The notes beneath the pieces were generated by a model, which searched no databases, was not told the origin of the DNA, and was given only the letters and a program-made list of their open reading frames with translations. A program made the position numbers and the translations under genes. 64,000 bases of DNA. Source: a virus. The stretch lies in IMG/VR virus record IMGVR_UViG_3300046167_000870. One strand, 5' to 3'. Positions 1 through 9,433 of this stretch are shown here, piece after piece; position 1 is the stretch's first letter, and the number at the start of each line of letters is the position of its first letter.

Positions 1-655
1 TAGGTGCATGGTTAACTCTATCTTTAATTTTATCTAATGCTGGTTTAATAGTTGCTTCACCTACTAAATTACCTGCTCTATCCCAAAAATTAGGTATAAC
101 AGGATTAGGCCATAATTCTTTTACACAGTCATGAGGTTCACCCATACTCATTACATAAAATGCTTGAATATCATTTTCATATTCTTTAAATTTTTCAAAT
201 ACTTTATATAACCTATCACTTAAGGGATGTTCAGCTATTCGTTCAGCATCTGGGATATGTAAACAAAATCCACCATTTGGTCCTTTAGTCCAAGGTATAT
301 CTTTAACTGCTTCAACATCATCTAATGTCATTCCTACTCCTGTTGAAAATGCAGATAAAGGGTGTCCTTTGTAGTTAGCATACTGCATCATTTTAGTACA
401 TTCTTTATTTAACCAAGGTTCAGTAAACCCAGAAAATGTAACTCTTACTTCTTTAGGTAATTTATCTACAATTTGAATAAATCTAGCTAGTGATAAGGTT
501 TTAGGTTGACCCTTGTGAGCATGATAAATTTTCTCTAAAGTTCTTTGAGGGCAAAAGGCACAATTTACAACACAACCCTTAGGCGAAATAGAAGTTGTAA
601 ATTCCATAGTAGGCCATTTTGTTGTTTTCCAGTAATCTCTCTTCTTAAATTCCAT
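1..655 (-). CDS. Radical SAM protein, 3' end truncated by window edge (not in ORF track)
   Basis: Manual translation from ATG at 655: MEFKKRDYWKTTKWPTMEFTTSISPKGCVVNCAFCPQ...VTFSGFTEPWLN...; CxxxCxxC motif plus GGEP-like GFTEP; frame open to window start. Confidence 0.85.
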   Translation of the reverse strand, partial: MEFKKRDYWKTTKWPTMEFTTSISPKGCVVNCAFCPQRTLEKIYHAHKGQPKTLSLARFIQIVDKLPKEVRVTFSGFTEPWLNKECTKMMQYANYKGHPLSAFSTGVGMTLDDVEAVKDIPWTKGPNGGFCLHIPDAERIAEHPLSDRLYKVFEKFKEYENDIQAFYVMSMGEPHDCVKELWPNPVIPNFWDRAGNLVGEATIKPALDKIKDRVNHAP

Positions 656-679
656 ATTATTCAATATACGTAAGTTTTT

Positions 680-1615
680 TTAAATTTCAAAGGAAGATAA
701 TGCATTTATATGAGGGTTTAAATCTAAACTCCATTCTAAATCGTTAAAAAATCCTTCTAATTTGTTTAATAAAATTGATTCAAATACTTTTTGTCTGTCA
801 GCATAAATATCAAGGAAATCTTGAATTTTTGATGGCATGTCATAATCAAAGAATGCTAATGCTTCTATTTTATATGGGTTATCTTTTAAATAAATCCATT
901 TTACTTTATCGGCTTGAGTAATTAAGTTATGTTTTCTATCTAAACTCCATAATCTTAATAAATCATTATATCGAATTGCTGCTCTAACTGGTGCTGGAGC
1001 TCCTTTTAATATTTCAGTAAACATTTCACCTGCTCTTGCTTTAGTACCAGAGTACTTATCTAACTTTTTTACTGATGTTGGGTTGCCTAGTTTTGTTAGT
1101 GGAATATCACCTCCTAATATCTGTTTTTTAAATACTTTAATTTGTTCTAATACACTATCTTTCTGTTCACCCTTTAATACTTGTTGTAAAATATCATTGA
1201 AGAAATCTCCTAATATAGGTGGGAAATTTGCTTTCATAAATTCTAAACCTTTAATATCTAAAGATTCTTTTTCAATACCTTCTTGCTTAGTAATCCATTG
1301 AGCATAACGTCTAGTAGCTCTAAAATAGGCTGAACGAATAACACATTCTGTTTTCATTTCTAACCTATGTTCAGTTACATTAAATGCTTCACGAGCTAAT
1401 CTATCATAATCATCATTTATAATATCTTGATATTTAAGTGCTACTTTTTCTAAAATATCATCTTTTTTCTTATCATCAAAAGATTCAAAATCAGGATACA
1501 AATATTTTAGTATAGGTTCAGCATTAAAATAATTTGAATCAGTGTCTACATAAGCACAATAATTAACATCATCCTTATCACAAATCCACCAAGGAGTATC
1601 TTCTATATGTTTCAT
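680..1615 (-). CDS. Family B DNA polymerase, C-terminal part (motif C, thumb)
   Basis: YVDTDS (motif C), RRYA, IKGLE. Confidence 0.92.
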   Translation of the reverse strand: MKHIEDTPWWICDKDDVNYCAYVDTDSNYFNAEPILKYLYPDFESFDDKKKDDILEKVALKYQDIINDDYDRLAREAFNVTEHRLEMKTECVIRSAYFRATRRYAQWITKQEGIEKESLDIKGLEFMKANFPPILGDFFNDILQQVLKGEQKDSVLEQIKVFKKQILGGDIPLTKLGNPTSVKKLDKYSGTKARAGEMFTEILKGAPAPVRAAIRYNDLLRLWSLDRKHNLITQADKVKWIYLKDNPYKIEALAFFDYDMPSKIQDFLDIYADRQKVFESILLNKLEGFFNDLEWSLDLNPHINALSSFEI

Positions 1616-1980
1616 CTATATTCTTTTATATCTTTAAAATTTGAACCTGAAATGATATTAATATCATTTTTTAATTGATTTCTAACTTCATTATATTCAA
1701 ATATCATTAATGATGCTTTCCTAAATTCTTTATCTGTAATACTTTTATCTCTAACTCTGTTTTCCAGATCCCATAACATACGATTTACTTTTGACAACTC
1801 CAAAAATAATACCTTAATTTCTTTACCATTTTTAGTAAATAAATCTACAACACCTGGATTTAGACTTGCAAATTCTAATTCTACATTAGCTAAATTCTCA
1901 GGATCCACCATATTCAATTTTTTAATTTCTAAAATTGAAATTCTATCTAGTAATTCACCATTTGATACTTCTATTTTCAT
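1612..1980 (-). CDS. Hypothetical protein (DUF6165-like) inside split polB locus
   Basis: N-terminus EVSNGELLDRISILEIK and C-terminal KEY resemble a family common in marine phages; ATGA overlap with downstream gene. Confidence 0.6.
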   Translation of the reverse strand: MKIEVSNGELLDRISILEIKKLNMVDPENLANVELEFASLNPGVVDLFTKNGKEIKVLFLELSKVNRMLWDLENRVRDKSITDKEFRKASLMIFEYNEVRNQLKNDINIISGSNFKDIKEYR

Positions 1981-1981
1981 T

Positions 1982-2248
1982 TTAAAATGTGCGTTCCCCA
2001 GGTAATTTGGGTACTGTTTGTGGTTTTTCTCCTTTTGAGTTAATATCTTCTCTTTCTTTTAAATCAATCTTATAAGTAACACCTTTTATTTTAAATCTAA
2101 ATACTCCTTGTTTTAAACATTTTCGGAACATTTTTTCTTGATTTTCAGACCAGGTTTCACTTACTTTAATTAGCTCATCCTTTGTAATTAGTTCATTGTC
2201 TGCATAAACTGTCATGTTGTTTCTTATAGATTGTTTTTTTAATGTCAT
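1982..2248 (-). CDS. Hypothetical protein inside split polB locus
   Basis: 88-aa ORF, ATGA overlap with stop of polB N-terminal part. Confidence 0.6.
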   Translation of the reverse strand: MTLKKQSIRNNMTVYADNELITKDELIKVSETWSENQEKMFRKCLKQGVFRFKIKGVTYKIDLKEREDINSKGEKPQTVPKLPGERTF

Positions 2249-3946
2249 ATTTGTAGTTTGATTTTGTTTTTAATTACTTTATTCATATGCCTATTGGCAC
2301 ATAAAGCACTTTCTTGAATAATTCTTTGACCTGATAATGTAATAGCTTCTGATAATATTACGTTACCATATCTAAAACTACCTAATGCTGTTGCTCCATA
2401 TAAACTATTAAGCAAAATTTTCATTGTGTATTGCATTAAATGATTATATTCACCTGCTTCTGTATCTCCAGCTTTATAAGCTTTTTTCATACGTCCTTTA
2501 TAAATAACACGCTCTTCAAACCATTTCTTAAGAATAGTAGATAATACTGATTCTCTATCTGTTTCAAAAAATACACCATTAGCTGAAATAGCTAAATTAT
2601 TTTCTTCAATCATTTGAATTAGTTTCTTAACAGGAACATAAGCTTGTCTTCGGTGTTTGTTTTCTACTAATAATTCTTCTTCAGGATCACGTTCTTTTAA
2701 ATCGTTAAGTGCCAATCTATTATTACGGTCATCTGAATCTATGATGCGACCCTTGAGTGTTTCTTTACCTATGTTAATTGACATTATTATAGATGGATAC
2801 AGTGATGTTAAATCTTCATCAAACATATACTTGTATAGTCCTGCTTTGGGGCAAAAAAGGTAACCACCAGCATAATTCTTTTTATGAATTGGATGTTCAT
2901 CTCTTCTTGGTGGTATAATATTTTTACTTAATAAGTAAGCTGAAATCGCTCCATCTTGTGATACTGTATTAGCATATACTTCACTATAATTGTGCTTACC
3001 TTTATGTGATAGGTTTTTAGTTAAAGCAATATATTGTAATTTTTCATCTAATTTTTGAAGTATTTCAACATCAACAAAGTTATATTGAATAAATTTATGG
3101 ATATCAGTTTCAAATAATTGATCTAAATTACCTTCATATTCAACCTTACCCATACCAACATACTTTTCTCCAATAGCATCTAATTTCCAGCTTGGTTCAT
3201 CTTTCCAGCTATATTTTTTATGTAAACGAATATAATCAAGTGATTCAACTCCTACAATTTCTACAAATTGATTACGCTTATACCAATATTGATTACCCTT
3301 TTTACAATTTACTACTCCAATAGGTGATAAATGTTTAGCAAAATCCTCTCCAATAGTATTACACATTCTATAATACAAATAAGGAATATCAAAATAATCT
3401 GAATTATAACCAATTAAAATATCTGGATCGATATCTCTGATATGCTCAATAAATTTACCTAATAATTCATTTTCTGTTCTACAAGGTATAATTTCTTTGT
3501 TTTTTGCTTTAGTATGTTTAAGTTGGTTTTTCTTATCAAGAATTAAAATGTGCCAAGTATTAGGTGTTTTATCCCACCAAGCAATAGAGGTAATAGGCAT
3601 CGGGGCACTTTCAATATAATCTTCGGTCAAAGCGACCCCCGATTTCACACTCAATATCAAAAAATACTTCTCTATGACCAGTAGAAGGAGTATCATCAGT
3701 ACCATATCTTTCGATAAGGAACTTTTGATATGGTTTCATATCATGAAAATGTATATTTGAAGTATTTTTATCCCACTTATATGTTTTGCTTAGTTTTTCT
3801 CCATTAATTCCAGTAAATTCACCATCTGGATCTTCAACATAAGCTGGGTTCCACCATTCTATTTCATCGTAACCTGCTTCATCCCAAAGGTGGATTTTGA
3901 ATTTGTTTTTCCCTAAACTTTTTGCAAAACATTTTTTATAACTCAT
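2245..3946 (-). CDS. Family B DNA polymerase, N-terminal part (3'-5' exonuclease, motifs A and B); apparent 1-nt insertion near 3634-3640
   Basis: ExoI FFDIECE (ORF 3611-3946) joins ExoII GYNSDYFDIPY, ExoIII YNFVDV, motif A DLTSLYPSII and motif B KILLNSLYG (ORF 2245-3705) after removing one base in GGGGGTCGCT. Confidence 0.9.
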
Positions 3947-4112
3947 TTGGTCTTATCTGTGATAATATTTCCATTAATTCTTCAACTTCAAATTTACATA
4001 ACTGCCCCTCACATAAATCTTGACAACACTTGTCGGTATTAAGATAAATAAATTCTAGTGATTTATCAACCTGTTCCCATTGTTCTTTAGATAATTGTTT
4101 CGGGGTCGGCAT
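3936..4112 (-). CDS. Small Cys-containing protein, 58 aa (not in ORF track)
   Basis: MPTPKQLSKEQWEQVDKSLEFIYLNTDKCCQDLCEGQLCKFEVEELMEILSQIRPNEL; fills the gap and overlaps both neighbours. Confidence 0.65.
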   Translation of the reverse strand: MPTPKQLSKEQWEQVDKSLEFIYLNTDKCCQDLCEGQLCKFEVEELMEILSQIRPNEL

Positions 4113-4662
4113 TGGGTAAACATTTTTCTATTTCATCCTGAGTAAAAAACTTACTCAAATCTGGTCTATAATAATTAATTGATTTCATTACTTTCTTATC
4201 CCTTGATCTATAGACAATGTACCGTCCTTCCTCAAGTTTCTCAAAATGGCAGGCCTCACCTTGTTCCTTACTTCTTTGGCTGACGGTGAGTATGGCCTCT
4301 TCTTCAGTTTTACAAGCTTTTGACATATTACTTCCTTGTACCTCGAGATATGCTGGCCATACCTTATCCTTAAGACCATGTAACATAGCACCGTTCCCAA
4401 GGGAAACATAAGTAATGTCGCACAAAGCGTCCAAAACTTCCACAATGTCTCCTCGTTCGCAAGCCTCTCTATATTCTTCGAGTTCTTCAAGTATAAAGTC
4501 GTAAACAAATTTCCATTCTTTTTTTTCTGGTATAGTTGGTTCATAATTATTTGGTTTGCCAAATGTGGCATTAAATGTTTCTACTTCAGAAACAAAGGGT
4601 ACTTCATTAACCCATACAGGTAGCTCTTCATCTTTAAATTTTAATTTTAGCTGCTTGCTCAT
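4087..4662 (-). CDS. MazG-like / PRA-PH family nucleoside-triphosphate pyrophosphohydrolase
   Basis: EELEEY...EVLDALCDITYV acidic helices, SNMSK, KVMKS. Confidence 0.85.
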   Translation of the reverse strand: MSKQLKLKFKDEELPVWVNEVPFVSEVETFNATFGKPNNYEPTIPEKKEWKFVYDFILEELEEYREACERGDIVEVLDALCDITYVSLGNGAMLHGLKDKVWPAYLEVQGSNMSKACKTEEEAILTVSQRSKEQGEACHFEKLEEGRYIVYRSRDKKVMKSINYYRPDLSKFFTQDEIEKCLPNADPETII

Positions 4663-5259
4663 AACTTTTTATTTTTTATTTTATTTTGGAATTTCATAAA
4701 TGATCCTTCTTTGTCATTTGACATACCTGCAACAAGATGAATTCCTTCTCTTTTATCAAGATCCGAAATAGCAGCATCTTGCATTTCAGCAAATTCTAAC
4801 CATTCATCACTTTTATAATATTCCTCTAATGCATCTCTTTCTTTTTTAGCATCATTAGCTAAATAATCTTGAATTGGAAGTGAATCTTTAGTTTCCCAAG
4901 GGTAAATAACCCATTCATCTCTTTCATGTAATTCAGCCCACAAATTAGGTTGAAAACAAGATGTATGTGGTTTATAATGTAATACTGCTGTATAAACTCC
5001 AGGACCTTTTTCTAATGTAACTCCAGAATCACATATATCATCAACTACTAATGTATTCTTTCCTACTGCACCTACATAAGGTAAACCTAGTTTATGTGAT
5101 ATTAATACTGCTGGAATTAATCCACCTCTGGGAATACCATGAACTGAATCTATATTAATTTGGTCGTGTCCTAATTTTGTCACATAAGTTGTTAACAAGA
5201 CCATTTACATCATCCCAACTTAAGTACATTTTGTTTTCTTCTTCGTTTACTAATGCCAT
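4659..5259 (-). CDS. Purine-type phosphoribosyltransferase (xanthine-guanine PRT-like); apparent 1-nt insertion near 5170-5171
   Basis: N-terminus MALVNEEENKMYLSWDDV... lies in the adjacent frame; GIPRGG, PRPP-binding LVVDDICDSGVT, WVIYPWE. Confidence 0.85.
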
Positions 5260-5262
5260 ATT

Positions 5263-5955
5263 TTATATATTATGTCCTCCGTTATTAATCTTCAGACTAT
5301 CAAAAAATTCTTTTCTTGCTAAATTATCATTTTCTCTAAATACACCTGATGCTTTAGTAGTAACCATTGCTGCTCCTTGATGTTTAACTCCTCTACAGCT
5401 AACACAATTATGTGTTCCAACTATAGTAACAATTACACCTTTATTACCTTCAGTAATTTTACATACTGCATTATGGATAGCTGATGTTAATTGTTCTTGT
5501 ATTGCTCCTCTACGACCAAATAATTCAACAATTCTATTTAATTTAGATAAACCAATTACTCTACCTTCATCACCTGCTATATAACCAATATGAACTACAC
5601 CTCCAATTGTTTGGTGGTGGTGTGAACACATTGAGGTAAGAGGAATATTTCTTTCAATAATGATTCCATCATATCCATCCGAAGGAAAGGATGTTATAGG
5701 TGACATTTCAGTATATCTACCTGCCCATAAATCATTAACATAGGCTTTAGCTACTCGCATAGGAGTATCTGCTGAATTTGGATCTTGTCTCCAATCACAT
5801 TTTAATTCATCTAAAAACAAACCAAATTTATGGGCTGCTTTTACTATCATGTCTTTTTTTTCTGCATCGCTAAAAGGAAATCCTGGTGCTACACCATTTG
5901 CATAACCTTCTTGTACAACTTCTAATTCTTGGTGAATTTTTCTTCTATTGCTCAT
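5263..5955 (-). CDS. folE: GTP cyclohydrolase I
   Basis: TPMRVAK, SMCSHHH, GLSKLNR, IQEQLT, HNCVSCRG. Confidence 0.95.
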   Translation of the reverse strand: MSNRRKIHQELEVVQEGYANGVAPGFPFSDAEKKDMIVKAAHKFGLFLDELKCDWRQDPNSADTPMRVAKAYVNDLWAGRYTEMSPITSFPSDGYDGIIIERNIPLTSMCSHHHQTIGGVVHIGYIAGDEGRVIGLSKLNRIVELFGRRGAIQEQLTSAIHNAVCKITEGNKGVIVTIVGTHNCVSCRGVKHQGAAMVTTKASGVFRENDNLARKEFFDSLKINNGGHNI

Positions 5956-6079
5956 TTATATAACTTTCTAATTTATCTATTAATACTAATACTTCGTCTG
6001 GTTCCATAGTAATGGCACAACAGACATTTACATTTTCTTTTATATCATCTAATATACGAAGGGCTTCTTGCTTATCCAC
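5945..6079 (-). CDS. Small Cys-Cys protein, 44 aa, GTG start (not in ORF track)
   Basis: (M)DKQEALRILDDIKENVNVCCAITMEPDEVLVLIDKLESYINEQ; start overlaps the queE stop (TAGTG). Confidence 0.6.
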   Translation of the reverse strand: MDKQEALRILDDIKENVNVCCAITMEPDEVLVLIDKLESYINEQ

Positions 6080-6864
6080 TATACTTCTCGCTTATCTTCA
6101 AACGCAATAATATGTGGTCTCCAAGTCATTCTATAACCATTATCCCTTACCCAATCAAATAATACTGGATATGATTTAAATAAAGCTTCCCTTGAATCAC
6201 CAGCAGGCATAAACCAAACTTTTTCTGATTTAACCTCTAATTGAGCTAAACAATCCATAATTTCAGCTAATGCATCTTGATCTTTACCATCCCATACTGG
6301 TTTAATATGATAATCAGAGTGATAAGCTATTGATTGTTTAATTGCATCATAATTAAGTCTTAACTTATTATGTTGTTTTACCATTTTTTCATCTGTAACT
6401 TTTCCTTGAGGAGTAAGAGTACCAACAACGGGGACGCTATTACTAAACTTAGGAGAAATTGACAGGAGATTAATAGGATAATCAGTAGGAAGGAAATGTG
6501 ATCCTTCAGTTTCAATAGTAATGAATATATCGTTTTCATGTGCGAAGTGTGTTAATTCATTTACTAAAGCAGCATGCATAGTAGGTGAACCTCCAGTCAA
6601 CATCATTTCCTTTATATGAGGGTTTTTCTCATACATGGCAATAATATCTTTAAAGTTAAAATGACCTTTTTCTGGGTGGATACTTGTATACCAACTATCA
6701 CACCATCCACCTTCGCCAAAATAGCATCTGTGGGTGCATCCTGTTGTTCTAATAACTACTGTTGGGTATCCTGCTCTTGAGCCTTCTGATTGTACTGCAG
6801 TGTAAATTTCTACAATAGGGAGGTTTTTATCGTAATCCTCAATACGTTTCAATTGTTTGTGCAT
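6079..6864 (-). CDS. queE: 7-carboxy-7-deazaguanine synthase (radical SAM)
   Basis: EIYTAVQSEG, RTTGCTHRCYFGEGGWCDS (Cx3Cx7C), LTGGSP, IETEG, SISPK; ATG at 6864 preferred over GTG at 6897. Confidence 0.92.
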   Translation of the reverse strand: MHKQLKRIEDYDKNLPIVEIYTAVQSEGSRAGYPTVVIRTTGCTHRCYFGEGGWCDSWYTSIHPEKGHFNFKDIIAMYEKNPHIKEMMLTGGSPTMHAALVNELTHFAHENDIFITIETEGSHFLPTDYPINLLSISPKFSNSVPVVGTLTPQGKVTDEKMVKQHNKLRLNYDAIKQSIAYHSDYHIKPVWDGKDQDALAEIMDCLAQLEVKSEKVWFMPAGDSREALFKSYPVLFDWVRDNGYRMTWRPHIIAFEDKREV

Positions 6865-6906
6865 ATTGTTAATTTTTTTAAGTGGTTTTTCATTCACTAT
6901 TATAAC

Positions 6907-7371
6907 TTATTCGCTGTAATAAGCAGCGTTTTTACCGTGTTCTGCAAACTTAACTTTAATAACTCTTACTCTGTTATCAGTTTCAGTTTTAACAAAATCA
7001 TTTAATTTGTGATAAATATATTCAGCAAATTTCTCTGCGCCAGTAGCTGGAATTACTCTTACTTGTGCTACACCTGCTTTGTCCATTTGTTGAAATGCTT
7101 TTAATTCAGGATCATCTTCTGCTATAATCATAGTATGATCAAACATATAATCCATCCATGCTTTAGGAGATTTACCATCAATTAGAGTTTTAGCTCTTTT
7201 CATTCCACCAAAATCCCAAACCCAATTCCTTTCATCTAATTCACCTTCAAAATATACTTTAAAGGAAATACCATAACCATGTACAAATCTACAGTGTGTT
7301 GTTGTTGCTTTCCATTGACGAAACACTGTACTAAAACCGTCAAATACTTTACTTGATTGAAATTTACCCAT
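6907..7371 (-). CDS. queD: 6-carboxy-5,6,7,8-tetrahydropterin synthase
   Basis: HCRFVHGY, WDFG, FDH, GAEKFA; cluster context. Confidence 0.9.
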   Translation of the reverse strand: MGKFQSSKVFDGFSTVFRQWKATTTHCRFVHGYGISFKVYFEGELDERNWVWDFGGMKRAKTLIDGKSPKAWMDYMFDHTMIIAEDDPELKAFQQMDKAGVAQVRVIPATGAEKFAEYIYHKLNDFVKTETDNRVRVIKVKFAEHGKNAAYYSE

Positions 7372-7612
7372 TATACCAATTTAATATGTCTTCCCTTGAC
7401 TGATTACCAACTGTTCTCTTTATCTCATTATTACTATCATCTACTTTAATTAAAGTTGGGACTGATCTAACAGAATAATGAGCTGCTTTTTCCATATCAT
7501 TGTCAATATTTACTTTATGAATAGGAATTTCTAAACTTAACTTGTCCATTACTGGACCTAGTGCTTTACAAGGTCCACACCAAGGAGCTGTAAAATAAAT
7601 AATTTTTGCCAT
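7364..7612 (-). CDS. Thioredoxin
   Basis: WCGPC active site, SVPTL. Confidence 0.93.
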   Translation of the reverse strand: MAKIIYFTAPWCGPCKALGPVMDKLSLEIPIHKVNIDNDMEKAAHYSVRSVPTLIKVDDSNNEIKRTVGNQSREDILNWYNG

Positions 7613-7662
7613 GTTTTCTAATTTATTATTATACTAAATATACGAAACTTATTTCTAATTTC

Positions 7663-7854
7663 CTAATTACTTCCATTTTCTTTATAATCTATAAAAAATC
7701 CAATTGCTACTATTAAATTCATTCCTATGGATGCCCCAATTTCTACTAAATCGTGAAAATTATGGATAGATAAATGGATATGTCCTACAACCCAAAAAGG
7801 AATTGCTAAATTTTGACTAATCCAAATTATAAGAAATTTTAAAAAACTTTTCAT
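7663..7854 (-). CDS. Small membrane protein (63 aa)
   Basis: Start MKSFLK at 7854; two hydrophobic segments; the longer track ORF runs through tRNA-Gln. Confidence 0.65.
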   Translation of the reverse strand: MKSFLKFLIIWISQNLAIPFWVVGHIHLSIHNFHDLVEIGASIGMNLIVAIGFFIDYKENGSN

Positions 7855-7867
7855 ATTATAACTTTTG

Positions 7868-7940
7868 TTGTCCCTACAGGGGTCGAACCTATACTCTTCT
7901 GGACCAAAACCAGACGTGTTGCCAATTACACCAAGGGACA
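7868..7940 (-). tRNA. tRNA-Gln (UUG)
   Basis: Acceptor TGTCCCT/AGGGACA, anticodon arm TCTGG-TTTTGGT-CCAGA, GTTCGA T-loop; CCA not encoded. Confidence 0.93.
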
Positions 7941-7943
7941 CTG

Positions 7944-8017
7944 TGGAGAATATCGGAGTCGAACCGATGACCTCCTGCGTGCAAGGCAGGCGCTCTAGCC
8001 AGCTGAGCTAATTCCCC
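7944..8017 (-). tRNA. tRNA-Ala (UGC)
   Basis: GGGGAAT/ATTCTCC acceptor with G3:U70, CCTGC-CTTGCAC-GCAGG anticodon arm, GGTTCGACT T-loop. Confidence 0.95.
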
Positions 8018-8023
8018 TACCCT

Positions 8024-8164
8024 TTAGACGTTTCTCCATCTACGTCTATCAGACCATTGTACTTTTTTGGTCTGACCTAACATAGCTAATCTACTTACTT
8101 TCTGATTGAAAGCATTTCTGTCTTGATTTAACTGTGTGTTACCGTTTTGTTGTTCGTTGTTCAT
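8024..8164 (-). CDS. Small basic protein, 46 aa (not in ORF track)
   Basis: MNNEQQNGNTQLNQDRNAFNQKVSRLAMLGQTKKVQWSDRRRWRNV; fills the gap between queC and the tRNAs. Confidence 0.55.
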   Translation of the reverse strand: MNNEQQNGNTQLNQDRNAFNQKVSRLAMLGQTKKVQWSDRRRWRNV

Positions 8165-8199
8165 TACTAGATTGTTAAATTATAATTACATATATGTTA

Positions 8200-9045
8200 C
8201 TATACGTATTCAGCAAGCACTTTTTCGACATGAGATTTTGCTACTTCATAATCAACTACTCCAGTTTCATCTGCATAACCAACAGGATCAGGTCTTCCTA
8301 ATTTAATAAATGCTTCAATACGTTCAACACTAGAAGCTGATTTATAATCACTGTACCATTCGTATGCATTAGTTTCAGGTCTACTATAAACTTTAAGTGG
8401 TTTATAAGAAGTGTTAGTTCTAGAATAAACTTCATCAAAATCAATACCTAAAATTTCACATAACTTTTCTCCATCCTGTAGGATACCAAATTTATCAGTA
8501 TCTAAATAAGGTGTAAAGTAACCTACTCTATCTGCATCCCAATTTCCAATTCTAAAAGCTGCATCATCTGCATCTCTAAATTCTTGTCTACAATCAGGGT
8601 AAACTGCATGATCACCAGCATGGATACCTAAAGCAATATCACAAACATCTTCTGTTCTATTTGCTACAGATAATGCTACTGCTTGAGTAATTGAAGCAAA
8701 CATTTTGTTTCTATTAGGAACAACTGTTTCTTTCATATTATCTTGTTCATAATGTCCTTCTGGTACATCATCTCCTCCTTGAACTAAAGCTGAATCTAGT
8801 AAATCTACTAATCCATCTAGTTTAATTTGACGATAATTAACTGTACAACCATTAAAACAATTTTCATCTACTGGGCAGATTTTATTGATATAATCAACTA
8901 ATTGTTGAGCTCTTTCTAGCTCTACTCTATGCTTTTGACCATAGTCAAAAGATATAGCTGTTACAGAATCATACTTTTCGATAGCTCTTAACAATAGGGT
9001 GCTGCTATCCATTCCACCACTTAAACTAACTACACAATGTGCCAT
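8200..9045 (-). CDS. queC: 7-cyano-7-deazaguanine synthase
   Basis: SGGMDS, FDYGQKH, VPNRN, YPDCR. Confidence 0.95.
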   Translation of the reverse strand: MAHCVVSLSGGMDSSTLLLRAIEKYDSVTAISFDYGQKHRVELERAQQLVDYINKICPVDENCFNGCTVNYRQIKLDGLVDLLDSALVQGGDDVPEGHYEQDNMKETVVPNRNKMFASITQAVALSVANRTEDVCDIALGIHAGDHAVYPDCRQEFRDADDAAFRIGNWDADRVGYFTPYLDTDKFGILQDGEKLCEILGIDFDEVYSRTNTSYKPLKVYSRPETNAYEWYSDYKSASSVERIEAFIKLGRPDPVGYADETGVVDYEVAKSHVEKVLAEYV

Positions 9046-9048
9046 AAT

Positions 9049-9234
9049 TTATTTATTTAATTTTTGCCAGGTATTTTGCGTATAGGCTAACGCTTGTTTA
9101 AATTTACATTTTATATATAATCGAACATACGAAAATATAGTGGATATTCCTACCCCTCCTAAAAGAAGTGTCCAAATATTTGGATGAAAGTGCTCTCCAC
9201 AAAGCCCTAATGCGTGTTTTATTACTTCTGCCAT
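9049..9234 (-). CDS. Small membrane protein
   Basis: HALGLCGEHFHP followed by a hydrophobic helix. Confidence 0.55.
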   Translation of the reverse strand: MAEVIKHALGLCGEHFHPNIWTLLLGGVGISTIFSYVRLYIKCKFKQALAYTQNTWQKLNK

Positions 9235-9235
9235 A

Positions 9236-9433
9236 TTAGTCGTTTTCTTTAAATTCTACGTCACCGTAATCATCAATCGGTTTATCTCTTACCAGGTCCC
9301 AATCTGCATCATCTATAATTTCTTGTTGAAGGTCTTCATCACCTGTTTTCCATTTTGCTAGTTCTTCTTCTGTTAAGATATATTCTTCCCATCTGAAGTT
9401 GCAATAATTTACTGTTCTTGTTAATTTAGCCAT
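9236..9433 (-). CDS. Hypothetical acidic protein
   Basis: 65-aa ORF tightly packed in the operon. Confidence 0.6.
   Translation of the reverse strand: MAKLTRTVNYCNFRWEEYILTEEELAKWKTGDEDLQQEIIDDADWDLVRDKPIDDYGDVEFKEND

Noticed and set aside
1616-2244. Intein or self-splicing intron in polB
   Set aside because: Stop codons present, no intein termini, no homing endonuclease motif and no evident intron core; two ordinary coupled ORFs instead (not excluded without Infernal or RT-PCR)
4188-4571. 127-aa alternative-frame ORF inside the MazG-like gene (likewise 11563-11757)
   Set aside because: Fully nested in a better-supported gene and has no recognisable motif
7855-7941. N-terminal extension of track ORF 7663-7941
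   Set aside because: It is the tRNA-Gln sequence; the real start is likely 7854
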